A stretch of DNA of 64,000 nucleotides from the human T2T-CHM13v2.0 reference genome, Homo sapiens. Shown piece by piece: positions 34,868 through 52,790 of the stretch (its first letter is position 1; each line of letters starts with the position of its first letter). Made by a program: the position numbers and the translations under genes. The DNA is taken from the NCBI RefSeq assembly GCF_009914755.1, contig NC_060926.1; one strand, 5' to 3'. The notes beneath the pieces were generated by a model. It was not told where the DNA came from. It saw only the letters and a program-made list of their open reading frames with translations, and searched no databases.

Positions 34868-35311
34868 ACCACGTCAGCAAACAGGGAGAACCTTACATAC
34901 TCAGGTACTCAGGGCCTTTTTTTCTGTCAGACTACTTAAGGACATTTTTATAAGTGGGAGAGTAGAAAGATAAAAAAGAATGGGTCCAGACGTCTTCTCC
35001 AAGGATGGCTGCCCAAGACCTCCTGCCCCATGTGTTCTCTGCACCGTGAGCTCCCACACCTCATCCAGGGACAGAGCCTATGTTTCCACTCTGCTCTCAT
35101 TCCTCAGCATTGTCCGACTTAGCAGTTGACTTGCTTCTCCTTCTGTCTCTCCCCGGTAGAACAGGAGTCCCACGAGGGCAGGGGCCACATCTGTGTTGGT
35201 CATCTCTACAGGCCCCATGCCTAAAAACGTGGCCGGTGCATGGAAGAATTAGAATGAATGAATGGAGAGAATCCAAAACAAATCTGACCAAGTACTACAC
35301 AGCTAAGAGGG

Positions 35312-35689
35312 TGCTATGTTCTGAGTGTTTATGTATAGCCTCCAAAGCTCATATGTTGAAATTTAATCCCAAGTGTGATAGCATCAAGAGGTGGGGCCTT
35401 TGGGAGGAAAATTAGGTCATGAGAATGGAGCTCTCACAAATGGGATCAGTGCCCTGATAAAGGAAGAAGGCCTGAGGGAGCTGGTTGCCCCTTTTACCCT
35501 TCTGCCACATAAGGAATTGGCCAGAAGACCTCCTCTTTGGGGCAGAGAGCAGCTCTCACCAGACACCAAATTTGCTGGTACCTTGATCTTGGACTTCCCA
35601 GCCTCCAGAACTGTAAGCAATAAATTTCCCAGTTTATAAATTACCCAGACTAAGGTACTTTGTCATAGCATCTCAAATGGACCAAAACA
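35312..35689 (+). mobile_element. MaLR solo LTR (MLT1A/MST-type)
   Basis: tgctatg start; gaggtggggcctttgggagg; ttgatcttggacttcccagcctccagaactgtaagcaataaattt; ends aaaca. Confidence 0.85.
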
Positions 35690-37261
35690 GGGAGACTGAA
35701 AACAAGTCATAAGATGGGCTGGCAGTATCCAGAAGGCAGATGTTAAATTTGACAATGGGTGGGGCATCAGATTCAAGAACCTGGAAGCTGGGTTAGGGAT
35801 ACATCAGAAGCACATACGTGAGACTTCACCATTCTAGAGGGTGAGTGTCCCACCCTGAGGACCCACTTCAGCACACTCCACTGTGTTCAGGAACTAGCTA
35901 GGTGTGGAAGATAAAAAGGCAAGCTAGAGGAGACCTTGACCTCAAGGAGCTCATGGTCTAGGAGGAACAGAAGCCAGATCAAGAAATACAAGTGAATGTC
36001 TTTATGCAAAAATCAAAGCAGGTAAAAGGTACAGAGCCTTCTCAGAGGAGCAGGTGTTACTTGGAGGTGGTGAGCGGACAAGACAAGGAATATGAAATGT
36101 GGAAGGTGGAATGGGAATGTCTCTTTTCTGACACAGAGACAGAAAAGACGGAGGCAGGGCAGCACAAAGCAGCATGGCATGTCAAGACTGGAGGCAGAAC
36201 AGGCACAAAGCAGGGAGGGCTGCTGCGGGGTGGGGACTTCCGCAAGGACCACCGTAAGAATCAGTTTCCTAAGCTCACTGAAAAGTGCTGGCAACAGTCC
36301 TGCCCAGCTGCAGTGCTGGCAGACGGCAGGATGGCGGGCAGAGGGTCTCTGAAACCTGCCCAAGGACATTTCTTCGGCAGGCATCGAGTATCCCTCTTTG
36401 GAAATGTATATGGGTTGAGACTCACCAAACAAGTAATTAGACTCTTGGAGGAGGAAAAACTTTCTTGTTTGTTTGTTTTTTTTTTTTTTCCTCTCTTGGG
36501 CAACTTAACAAGTAAAGAGTGGTAATGATACCCCTTACTCGCCTCACAAACGAGCTGGGAAGAATGAAGTCTGCAAAACACAATGAGACTCCACTGGAAA
36601 GAGAGAACTGTTCACCAGGGCCTTCAGGGGACTGTGCACGTATGTGCATGCACCTGTGGGCGGGCAGATGAACTTTCCAGGGAGGGGAAGACAATCAACC
36701 TAGGGCGAGGCCCCGGGAGGCCCAGGTGGGTTGGAACCTCCCGCCAGCAGCCTCAGACCCCAAGGAGGTTGTGCCCGCCTCCCCTTGAGATCCCCACCCC
36801 AGCCCACACAGAGGCATCTTCTGCTGTGAAACCTCCTGACTCACAGGCAGCAGTGCCCACTCTGCCAGCCTCCAGCTGGGCATCATCCCTTCTCCCCTCT
36901 CCTACCCAGCAACTGCTCCACAGCACAGCACGACCCAGGCCAAGGTGTCAGGAGCAGTGTCAGAGGAGGGGCCTGGGAGGCCTCGGGACAGTTAAGTCCC
37001 TATCAGCAGCCGTGGAGGCTGGTGACTTGAGGACAGGAAAATACCACCCCGGAGCCCATAATTAACACTGCCTAGAAGTGGGCCATGCACTCAGCTTTTC
37101 CTGAGCTCTGTTTGTCCCCGATGAGGGCTTTCTGGAGAGCTGACACAGAGGAAACTCAGATGTCAGGCTGCCAGGCTCCAGCTCCCCAACTCAGTTCCTC
37201 CAGACACAGAACAGTCATTTTAGGTGATGCCCAGGGGAGCACCGGAACACTGTGTCTTTTA

Positions 37262-37959
<698 letters not shown>

Positions 37960-38664
37960 TTAGGTTACCCTTCTGGGATGGAACTGACACTTGGGGGTAT
38001 GGGGGGAAGATAGAGGAAGAAAATCATCAGGCCTAAAATAAAAGTGGCTTTTCCATCTGTGTCGTGGAAGAAGCTGTTAATTCACTACCGTTCTCCTGGC
38101 ACCTCTTACATGGAATTGGAAATCCATGCACATCCCAAGAACCTCTTCGGTCACTGGAAGCGCCAGCCTCAGCTCCAAGACCTGGCTCCTGCCCCCCTTC
38201 TGGGCCTCCCTCGTGCCCTGAGTCCTCAGCCTGGGCCTTAGGGCTTTGGCGGCAGGAGACTGGGTCTGCAGGCTCCATTCTTATCCTCCCCAACCCCCAA
38301 ATCAAACAGCTAATGAGCTCTGCTGGGTGGCTGCACTGGGAGGGCCAAGCAGCACCATCTGCCTGAGTTCTAGTTCCCTGAATCCGAGATACCACAGGAG
38401 GAGGGGAGGTCCCCATCAGCCTTAATGGGCAAGGGGGCAAGAGGGCCAGGAGGCTGGTTCCTAAAGGAAAGCAAGCTACCCATCCCACTGAGTCCGATCT
38501 TAACTGGAGTGCGGGGCTCACAATGTTTACGGGAGGCTTAAAATCCAATTCTTTCATATCCTCCCAAATCTAATCACTTATCTTCCCGCAGCACTTTTCT
38601 ACTTAAATTTAAACTTGTTTCAATATTGCCAGCTTTAGTCAATTAGCTTTAGCTTTAGTCATTT

Positions 38665-39060
38665 CAACCGTGCATTCACTCAGCAAATGGCAAGCAAACA
38701 CCAGGTGCTGTTCTAAATGCCAGGGACCCAGTGGTGAACAAAACACAAAGCAGCCCTGCTCTCGGGTTGTTGGTGTTGGGTGGGGGACACACAACGCACA
38801 CATGAAAGATACATAAAGCCCAATGATGCTGGGTGGCATCCGTGGCTGGGAGGAAGGGTGGTCAGGGGACGCTGGAGCACCCTGAGTGACTTGGGGAGCC
38901 TGGCAGAGACCTGAGGCCAGGGAGCACGGCTGTCTTCTAGGTTGAGCAAGGAGCCCAGGGTGCTGGAGTGGGTGCAAGGCCAGGGGCTGGAGGTGAGGAT
39001 GGAGAGGCAGATGGGGGCGAGAGAGAAGCAGATCAGCTGGCCTGGAAGACTGGGGCAAGG
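38665..39060 (-). mobile_element. L2 remnant
   Basis: cattcactcagcaaat...ccaggtgctgttctaaatgccaggga, an L2 3' end in antisense. Confidence 0.6.
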
Positions 39061-39734
39061 ACCAGGGATGAAGGGAAGCCACTGGACTTGTAAACAGGGA
39101 GTGTCATTACCAAAGGGAGCCAGGTCCTCAACAACAACAACAAAAAAATCCTGTATCCCCACACTATGACATATCCATTTCCTATTTTAAAAACATGCAC
39201 ATTTTGTTGCCCCGATGACAGTGTAAGCACAGGATGCAGGCAGACCGGCGTTCTCCCAAAGAGTGCCACTGCCTCTCCTGAGAAAACCGTGTGTCTAGGG
39301 AGACACTGCGAAATGCTGACCGCTTGCTGTTCCTGGTCTCTCTCTCACCGGCTCTTTTCCAGATCTGCACCCACATTCTTTTGGAACCTTCTTTTTGTTT
39401 CTTCTCTACCCTGCAGCCAGCTCTGAGGGTGCCTTTCTTTCCTTTTTCTCCCCACTCACCCTGAGCCCAAGGCCTTTCCTGTGGTGCCCCTGACAACCTC
39501 CCTACCTGGCTATAACCAACTCTGCACCCGCCAACACCATCTCTATAGGCCCCTGGCCTGCTTATTCACAGAAATGTGTACAGGGCAGGTGATGCCATCC
39601 CCAGGGCACCTCTCCTTTCCCCTGCCCTTCTGTAACTCACACCACTGCCTGGTGTCACCTAATACCAGCAAGCACTCGAGGCCCCCGGTATGCGTGACAG
39701 AGCGACATTGTGCCAAACCACAGAACCACTCATA

Positions 39735-40045
39735 TCTGCTAGAATTAGGTTTGGCTACAAATAACAAAATGGAACAAAATTAAAACAAACAAACAAACAA
39801 AAACAAAAACAAAAGAAAAAAACCCACCCGGCCTTCAAAAAGAATTTTATTCTCTGACAAAAAAGAAGTCTGCAAGTAGGCAGGTCACAGCCGGTGCAGA
39901 GACCCAACTGTACCTGCAGGATCTCAGGAGCCCGTCTCTCAGCTCTGCTGTTCTTAGCATGTGCCTCTCATGCTCCAGGTCACATCACGGTCCAGCACGG
40001 CTGGTAGAGGCCCAGCTATTACGGCTCAGCTCCAGGCAATCGCCT
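39735..40045 (-). mobile_element. Old MLT1-type LTR remnant
   Basis: attaggtttggctacaaataacaaaa and aagaagtctgcaagtaggcag motifs. Confidence 0.5.
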
Positions 40046-40216
40046 TCTCACTTGGCCACCTAAGCATGCATTCTTGGTTGTTTTTAAGGATACAGGGCTC
40101 CCTCAGCACGACTCAGGAAGGTAGCAGTAGCAAACTACCCTTCCAAGTTTGGAAAGCAAAAGGTTGAGACTGGTTTAGACTCAACCTAAGAGTTTCCCAG
40201 TAATGTCCCTAAATGA

Positions 40217-41814
<1,598 letters not shown>

Positions 41815-42890
41815 TGTTTGCACATGTTGGAATCACTTAGGGAGTGTCAAAAATTACTGCCACCTGTGCCCTACCCCCCAGCAATTGTGGTTTAATTAGT
41901 CTGGGGTGTGGACTAGGCTTTGGAATTTTAAAAAATTTCCAAGTGATTCTAATACACAGCCAAGTTTGGGCTCCACTGAGCTAGGGAAAGCTGTGGCCCT
42001 GGCTCCGGAGCATTACTCAGGGCCACACTCCCGTGCTCTGGTGGATGATGAGGGTGGTGGGGGTGGGCAGGAATCCTCAGATGCCAGCCCCGGCTCCCCT
42101 CTCGCCGCACCTGAGGCCAACTGCCCGTGGCTCAGTAGCCCAGGGGCTCTCAGTTCTGGATGCCCACTGGAATCAGGAGGGGAGGCTTTAAAATGCTAAT
42201 GCCCAGGCTGTGCCTCAGACTGATCTCAGAGGGTAGGACACAGACGTCATACTTTTTAACGCTCAGCCATAGCTGAAAATTGCCAGGGCCGGAGGCTCAG
42301 TACTGGGGGAGCTGCAGCCATCCTCTGATCAGAGTCTAAAAGTCAAACATTAAGAAGTGTTGGGCTGGGCGCGGGGGCTCACATCTATAATCCCCACAAG
42401 TTGGGAGGCCCAGGCAGGCAGATCGCTTGAGCCCAGGTGTTCGAGACCAGCCTGGGTAACACAGTGAGACCCTATCTCTACAAAAAATACAAACAAATTA
42501 GCCGGGCGTGGTGGCACGCACCTGTAGTCCCAGCCACTCAGGACGCTGAGGCAGGAGGATCACCTGAGCCCGAGAGGTCAAGGTCATGGTTGCAGTGAGC
42601 CCTGATGCCACCACTGCACTCCAGCCTGGGTGACAGAGTGAGACCTTGTCTCAACAACAACAAAAAAGTGCTCTCCGAGTTTAAGTCACTTAAATTTATT
42701 TTGCACCTCATTTTAAAAGTGGGGGTTGAGAGTCCTGAGCTAAAGTGGTGGGCAAAACCCCCACTATTGCCTGGCCACCTCTCCTGCAAGAGGTCTGTGC
42801 ACTTGGCCAAAGTTCTCAAAACCTGGAGCATCTCAGCCCCAGCTCCACATAAAAATCACCTGAGAGCTTTAAAAATTCCTGATGACAGGT
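41815..42890. mobile_element. Cluster of MER5-type DNA transposon remnants (about 41815-41980, 42135-42290, 42805-42890) around an AluJ at about 42363-42667
   Basis: ttggaatcacttagggag, aagtgattctaatacacagccaagttt and aatcacctgagagctttaaaaattcctgatg motifs. Confidence 0.6.
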
Positions 42891-43540
42891 ACTGTCCTAA
42901 GGGAACGAACTCACCTGGGCCTCACGAGCTACTAATGGCGCAGTACCTGAGGGTCCCCTTGTATAGGTGGTGGAATGTAGTGGTGGGGACAGGAGCTGAG
43001 TGCGCCACAGGCAGGGAGACTCTGGAGATGCCTGCTGAGCTGGGGTAAAGCATGCATGCCTGCCCCCACAGGGCCAACAGACCTCAGGGCTTGAAGCTGG
43101 AGGACCAGAGAGCACATCAGAGCTTCTCTGGTACACCCAGCTCCACAGCTGACTGGCCACAGGATCAGAGCAGCTATCTGGAAAAGATGCTGCTGTCCAC
43201 CGGGAGACGCAGTGTTTCTGGAGACCCACCCACTCATTCAACAAAAACCACCTGGGTCCTACAGTGTCCCTGCTCACACAGCTGCCAGGAACCCAACAGA
43301 TAACTAAAACTAAAAGCAAAACAAAAACATGGTCCCCGTACTTTGGAGCTCACGGCCCATTGGGAGAGACAATATTAATCAAAGAACCCACCATCAACTA
43401 TGACTAAAGCCACGAGTGGAAAAGGGAGCCAAGCGTAGAAGCAAGGAGGCGGCACACGCCCGCAGGGCAGGCCTCCTTGAGCAGGTGATGCCAGAGAAGT
43501 CCATAACAGAGAGGAAGAGATGGAGTTAAGAAGAAAGTCA

Positions 43541-44284
<744 letters not shown>

Positions 44285-44384
44285 TCAGAGAGGGTGAGGT
44301 AAAATGAGCTGGACAAGGGCTGGCTGACCACAGAGGAGATGGCACGCATTGCACACACAGTAGGAGCTTGGGCAGGCTTTCCAG

Positions 44385-44520
44385 CCCCCAATTACCTATA
44401 ACATGGGACAATAATGGTATCTACTTGTAGGGTTGTTGTGGTGATTAAATGAGATAGGCCAAGCCCTGGGCTTGGTGCCTAGCACAAATTAAGCTCTCTG
44501 GAAATGTCACCTATTATTTT
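44385..44520 (+). mobile_element. MIR remnant
   Basis: ctataacatgggacaataatggtatctacttgtagggttgttgtggtgattaaatgagata. Confidence 0.7.
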
Positions 44521-46589
44521 CAATTAAACTGCTTTTATTATCATATCCAAGAATAATGTTTTTAAAAAACAGAGATCAATTATGACGCTGAATTACTGTT
44601 ATCAAATTCTAATTGGAGACTTTGAAAGGACTATGCCAAGCACATGACAGCTCTGAGGGAGCTGGGCCCTGGGGTCTCCTGGGTGGTCCTCCAAGTGTTT
44701 TCCTGCCCATTTGGGTCTAGACAACATTCTCACAGCACCAGCACGGGGACTGAGTGCAGCTGGCGTGGCAGACCTGGATCCCAGCCCGCCTCTCTGGGCC
44801 TGAGGACAATGGGACCAGCCCTGTGGAATCAGGGAGTAAAGGGCACCCGGCATGAGAACGGTATGGGGTCCAGGGCCCAGGCACTTAAGTGCTCCACACA
44901 TATGGGCAGCTGCTGCTGCCACCGCCACAGGAGACGCGACCTGCAGATGAGAAGGTCGTGGGGCCTCCACTCCAGGGGCTCTGACTGGCTCGCTTCCCAC
45001 CTCCTGCAGCAGGAGGCTGTCCTGCAAACCACAAGAGAGGCAGATCGGGTGGGGCGAGGACATCTCCTAATAAGATGGTGAAGAACAGAGAGTGTCAACC
45101 TGATAGACTAAAGACTGCTTAAATTTCAAAATAATTATTCCGTGTGAAATGTGCCAGACCCTCCCCACCCACAGCCCACAAAGAGTACCTACTGCATAAT
45201 TCCATTTATATAAAATTCTAGAGAATACAAACGAACCTGTAGTGACAAAGTAGATCAGTGGTTTCCTACAGACAAGAGGTGGAGGAGAGATCAATCATGA
45301 AGAGGCATAGGGAAACTTTTGGGGGCCATGGAATATATTCACTAGCTCAATTGTGGCAATGATTTTACAGGCACATATGTAAGTGTATACATTATACACT
45401 TCAAATGTCTGCAAGTTAATGTATTCAGTTATGCCTCAATAAGTTTTTTTAAAGACGGATGAGCTAAAACAGAAATATGTATTAATTTTTTGTTTTTGCA
45501 CCCCAGTGGCTCATCCCACCTCCAGGACCCTCACTCGGCGGACCTGTGGTCTAGAAAGCCCCACCTGACCTGCCTTGTGCAGGCTGTGGCCTCTCCAGAC
45601 ACCAGTGGGGAGAACTGGGAAACTCTGGGAAGAGCAATCGGCACTGGAGGTAATTTCAGATGGATACTAATGTGGCGAAAGAAATACGGTATAGATAAAC
45701 ATATAAACATACAAATATAGATGAAATGTGTATTGTGTATTCATTTTGTGCCGGGAAATAATCACAAGAAACTGTACTAATGAGTACTTGGGAGGAGGAA
45801 GTGGTTGTGGGGAGTGGCTGGCAAGAAGACTTTCACTCTTTATTTTGCATCTTTCTCTATTATTTAAATTTGCTAAACTTGGTACAGAGAGTAGTTTAAA
45901 AAATAACAACAGGGGTTACCTGGGTGGTAAGATTGCTGGCCATCTTGTTTCCATTTTATTCCTTTTACAAGAAGCAACTTTATGAATGCTTTCTGAGAGG
46001 AGGAGTGGGAAGGAGGAATAAAGAAAGGAAGGGAGAGATGAAGGAAAGAGAATGCAACAGGCAACGGCAGAAAAGAAAGTAACCCACAAAATGAGGCCTG
46101 TACGGAAACCCAAGGCCCCAGTGGCCACGAGGCCAGAGCTCGAGGAGAACAAAGGGAAAAGCATGATCAAGTGAGGAAGAACAAAGTGTCCTAAGACCCT
46201 GCTCAAGAACGTGAAATGAATTCTGTTCTTGGAGCTGAACGTCTCGCCCACTTTCAAAATATCCAAAGAATGTACTGGCCAGGGTCATTCTATTTTATTA
46301 TATCCCCCTCCTCCTACACAAATATTATAGAAGCCAACAGAGAATGAAATGGGTAGGTAAAAATGGACAATTGTCTTGGAAGCAAATGGAAAAGAACCTA
46401 CGCAAGCTCTACTCCTTTCTAAAGCGTTTTGATCTCGCTGATAGAGCTCCTTTTCCGAAGACATTGCTTCAAGACTGGCACTAGGTTAACGGACAGTCAT
46501 ATACCAGCTCAGCTAAAACATTTTTGTTAAAGAAACTTGAGGTCATTTCATTTCTCTTAATCAACTAGTTGCACAAGAGTATGTTTGCC

Positions 46590-47862
<1,273 letters not shown>

Positions 47863-48245
47863 AAAAAAGAGACCTCTTACCCATCAGCAGTCACTCCCCA
47901 TTCCTTCTTCCCCTATCTCCTGGCAACTGTTAATCAACTTTTGGTCTCTATGGATTTGCCTATTCTGGACATTTCAGAATAGGCATGAAATTTTCGTATC
48001 CATTTTCTTATCAGCGCTTTCAAGGTTCATGCATGTTATAGCATATGTCACTCCTTCCTTTTTTATGGCTGAATAGTATTCCATTTTATGGATATAGCAC
48101 ATTTTAAGAGGTTTCTTTTTGGGGAGATGAAAATGTTCTGGAAGTAGACAGTGGTGATGATTCAACAACTCTGAGTATACTAAAAACTACTGAATCTTAC
48201 ATTTTAAAAGGGTGAGTTGTATGTTATGTGAATTGTATCTTTAAA
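47863..48245. mobile_element. L1MB-type 3' UTR with an inverted segment (47863-48104 minus; 48105-48245 plus)
   Basis: The minus part reads as L1MB 3'UTR (aatggaatactattcagccataaaa...gagtgactgctgatggg). The plus part continues ggggagatgaaaatgttctgga...gtgaattgtatct. Confidence 0.8.
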
Positions 48246-48579
48246 ACAACCAACCATTCCATCCTGGTCTTGACAAATATTAATAAAGCTCCATTGTGCC
48301 TGCAATGGCCCCCACTATCCTTCAAGACCTGGCCTTCAAGACCTCGTCTTATTTCCTCCTCTGCTCCCTTCAAGGAAAGCCCCTACTCTTCCACCTCGTC
48401 TTTGTTCCCACTGCTCCCTGCTTCCCTTGCATCCCTGTATACCCTGATACTCCGCCCAAAGGCTGCAGATCAGTGGTCTGAATTGAATGGAGTCTGCAGA
48501 TGGGTTCGCGGTGGTTTTTTCTTGTTGTTTTAACTGAGTTAGTTACCAACAGGACATCTCACATAAACATCTATATCCC

Positions 48580-48907
<328 letters not shown>

Positions 48908-48929
48908 TCAACCCTAAAGGGATAGGATT

Positions 48930-49350
48930 CATGAGGCTGGAAATTCTTCAGACATAGCCGTGATGTTCAAAGGGCACTGGACAGACAAACAACATGGCAA
49001 GTGACCTCTAAAGCCCGTGACCCCAGTTCTAATGAAACAAAATGGAAAAACTGTTCTGATAAAAAGAGGGGAAAGTATGAGAAGCAGTGACCTCGTATGT
49101 CCCATCCTTTCCTTTGCTGCCTTGAACACTCTTGTCTCCTGAGAACACAGTGGTGGTGGCAGCTACGGCAGCCATTCTGCAACCCGGAGAGGAAGTAGTG
49201 AGAAGACACATGCAGAATCCAGAGCCCTGAGACTGCGCATCTACTGAACGTGTCACAGAATCACCTGCCTCTGAATTCCTTGTCATGTGAGCTAACAAAC
49301 TGCTCTTGGTATTTGTTATCAATAGTCAAAATACGACCTAACTAAAATGT
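48930..49350 (+). mobile_element. Old MLT1-type LTR remnant
   Basis: ggcagccattctgcaacc and cacctgcctctgaattccttgtcatgtgag motifs. Confidence 0.55.
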
Positions 49351-50148
49351 GGCTTCTCTTGAAAATGAAGAGGTTTGGGAATACCAGACCTGCGTTTACC
49401 TGCACCAAACCTGATGTGGACAGCCCCTTTACATCAGGCAGGAGCTCTCAGACTTTGCTCACTCAGTCCCCGTAGGCAACTGAGTTTGCAGTCTCTGCTT
49501 TCTGGTACAGATGGCTCAACTGTCTCATCTTCTACAAAGCACTTCCTGGTTCCTGCCTCCCCACATCCCAAACCTACCTGACTACAAGTAATTCCTCTTC
49601 CCGTTGCCTCCTTTCTGTCTCTGATGGTCGCTGCTCATTTAATCCCCTCCCACCTATTAGCCTCCTGAGAACAGGACTTTATTAATCCCTGATCCTCTCT
49701 TTGCCATCTAGCGAAGTGCTTGAGGAAGGAGGTGCTCAATGTGTCTTTGCTGAATAAATGAATGCTCACTGCAATGAGGCATGGCAATGTGCCAGAGTAT
49801 CCCTTCTCTGAGTGCACTGAGCTCTCTGCACAGCTGACATGTACACGTGTTGCTTCTCAATCCAGGAATACAATTCTCCGTTACCGCCCCACCCCCCACA
49901 CACACACTAGAGTGCCCTGGGACACTCGGGCCCTCAGCCCCAGTCACTAGAGCACACCCGTAATAGTCAATGCTCTTAAGTCCTGGTCCCCTCAACTCTT
50001 TCCTTACTCAGCAGGTTGGGATAAAGGCAAGTGCGTAAGAATCTCCCTAGGATAGTCTGGGAAGAACTGCTGGTCACCACAAACTCCAGGAAAGGATGGA
50101 AGTTTACACACAAACAAATCTCCTGTTTACATATGAGAAGCGGCTTGA

Positions 50149-50187
50149 ACACACACACACAAACACACACGTGCGCGCGCACACACA
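50149..50187. repeat. (CA)n/(CG)n alternating purine-pyrimidine microsatellite
   Basis: acacacacacacaaacacacacgtgcgcgcgcacacaca. Confidence 0.9.
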
Positions 50188-50432
50188 AATCATAGATACG
50201 GGTGAAGGGAGGCAGCCCCAGTCTATCCTGAGCTCTGTGCCCCAGAGGCCTGCTGTCCTCTCAGACACTCAGAGCCCTAGGCTATTAGTGAAACCCTGAG
50301 GAAATGACTTCCTTCTGCATCAATCCTGGATCTAATTTAACCTTAGAAATGCTTCCTGAAATGGCAGTTGATCTTTAGTCCTGACTCCTGGCAGATTCTC
50401 TCTGGGCACCTGGCCCTTTTGCTCTTGACCTA

Positions 50433-51030
50433 GCTTTTTTTTAAGTTGTGGTAAAATACACATAACATAAAATTTACCATCTTAACCATTTCTAAGTGCA
50501 CAGTTCAGTGGTAGTAAGTACATTCACGCTGTAGTACAATCACCACTACCATCCATCTCCGAACTCTTTTTTCTTGCAAAACTGAAACTCTGTACTCATT
50601 AAACAGTAACTCCCCACTCTCTCCTTCCCCTAGCCCCCGGTAACCACCATTCCACTTTCTGTCTCTATGAATTTGACTACCCTGGGTACCTCATATACAT
50701 GGAATATGAATTTGACTACCCTGGGTAACTCATATACGTGTTTGTTCTTTTGTATGTTATTTCACTCAGCGTAATGTTTTCAATGTTCATCCATCTTGTA
50801 GCATGTGTCAGAATTTCCTTCCTCTTTTTTTAAAATAATACATCATGGACATTCAAAGAATTTCCTTCCTTTTTTAAGGCCAAGTAATATTCCACTGTAT
50901 GTATGTACCACATTTGGTTTATCCATTCACGGGTGGACACTTGGGTTGCTTCCACCTCTTAGCTATTGTGAACAATGCTGCTAAGAACCTGGGTACGCAA
51001 CTATCTGCTCAAGTCCCTGCATTCAGTTCT
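50433..51030 (-). mobile_element. L1MB-type 3' end containing a 39-bp-period tandem duplication
   Basis: ttgtggtaaaatacacataacataaaatttaccatc... is an L1M 3' terminus in antisense; duplication at 50666-50740. Confidence 0.85.
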
Positions 51031-52436
51031 CTAATGGACCGGGCCTCTCACTTTCCCCATACCAGTTGAGATCCCGACCCCAGGCATGGAATTCTGTAGG
51101 CCAGTCCCTGGTCCCCTGGGCAGGGAAACACAATCCCAGGCTGGGCTCTCAGGTAGTGGCCACAGGAGATGCTCTGGAGTTAGAAGAGCCAGAGCTAAGC
51201 TGACAGGGGACTCAAGAGCTTGTTTCTGATCCTTCCTAATGGGGAGCGCATCAGAGACAACGTGGCAAGAAGCAAAGGAGAGTGGGGCATCCCCTCTGCC
51301 TCAGCGGAGGAGACACATACCACTGCAGGGAGCAGGACAAGGGAAGCCTCTGTTCCCCTAAAGGGCAGGCATGCCGCAGAGGCGGCCCCTGGGGCTCCAA
51401 AGTGCATCGGGGGCTACAGGGGCAGAGGTTACGAAAAGGGAGAGGGCACTGAGACTGGTGCTACTCAGAAGACCTCGCTTAGAGGGCTCCATGGAGGGCA
51501 GGGGCGGAGGAGTCTGGAATGCTCTAATTTGACAGATGGCTCCAGCTCAGCCAACTCCTGAAGCAGAAGAGGCACAAAAGCAGAAACTTAAAGGGCTGGG
51601 GGCTCATGGTACATCCTTGGCCTTGGCCTTCAGGGCCATGTGCTTTCTTGCTCTGGGGTGAGCAGCCTACAGCTGGGGCAGAGGCGGGGTCTGACCACCT
51701 GGGAGTCCCTCTTACTGTCTGCTTAAGCAACTTTCAACTGGTTACATGATATTTTTTGGTGCCAAAGTGTCTAGGTTCAGGTACCAAATGATGACAGTCT
51801 AGGGAGGGTGCAGCCACTAGGGGGGGAAATTAATTCCTTCTGTGGAACTCTGAACATCCAAAAGCATTATAAAGAGGAATTAAATATACCTCCTAAATGC
51901 CACAACCAAGGCACCAGCTTGAGGCTCTCATTCCCACCCAGACCAAACTCAGGGGCACTGTGGATGTCCTATCAGCCAAAGAAGGCTGTCAGTGAGGGAG
52001 ACAGCTTCAGACTCTTCCCTTTGGTGACTCCAACCCAAGGAGCACCCTGATTTGATGCGGATATTCCTGGAACCCTCTCAAGCTAACCGGCGCTTTCAGG
52101 AAGGACTTGGGGGTGAGCTGTCCCCTCAGACCTAGAGACTGTCTCAGTCTGAACCCACTGTCCTGGACTGCTCTGGGATCCCAAGAGCCTGTGAGGTCAG
52201 CCTGGCCGTGGCCACAGGGGCTGAGATCTGAGGCCAGTTCAAGGTGCCGAGGAGCCTGTTGGTTCAGCTTTTTACTAATGCTGGAGCCTGAGCCAAAGAT
52301 GGCCTGATGCCTCTACACCCTGGATGCAATGTCCCACCAGCATCTCGCCTGCAGCTGGGCTCTGGGCACTGAGAGTCACGTATCACAGGCTTGGGAGCTC
52401 AGTGCGCCAATCTCCACCCTGCATCCCAGTACTGAC

Positions 52437-52521
52437 CAGGCTGAAGGAAGATTCCATCCACAATGAGATCCCACAGAAGACCAAAGGCTCCCAAAGATGT
52501 TTCTGGAGGCCATGTCAGCAG
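52437..52521 (-). CDS. FAM178B: FAM178B internal coding exon, 85 nt: [28 protein letters not shown](D)
   Basis: Acceptor ttttttttttccacctag; donor CTG|gtcagt. 28 codons + 1 nt. Not shown in this frame in the ORF track; read manually. Confidence 0.92.
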
Positions 52522-52589
52522 CTAGGTGGAAAAAAAAAACAAAAACAAAAACCTGGTGAGCTGGGTCATTCCTAAGAAGCAATAGTAGC

Positions 52590-52790
52590 AAACTTCTATT
52601 ACTCCACGTTAAATAAATCCCATTTAATTCTCATAAGTCTGTGTGGTAGAAGGACATTGTCATTGTTGCCAATTAGAGGATGGAAAACCAAGCTCAGAGA
52701 AGTCAAACAACTTTGCCAGAGTCACACAGCCTTGAGCGGCAAAGCCAGCACTCAGGCCCAGACACCCAGGTCTGTGCCACTTGAAACCTC
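52590..52790 (-). mobile_element. MIR remnant just upstream of the 85-nt exon acceptor
   Basis: catttaattctcat...gaggatggaaaaccaagctcagagaagtcaaacaactttgccagagtcacacag, the MIR core. Confidence 0.7.

Noticed and set aside
51814-51826. CTCF-like CCACTAGGGGGGG
   Set aside because: Lacks the conserved C after the GG; much weaker than the 55967 site.
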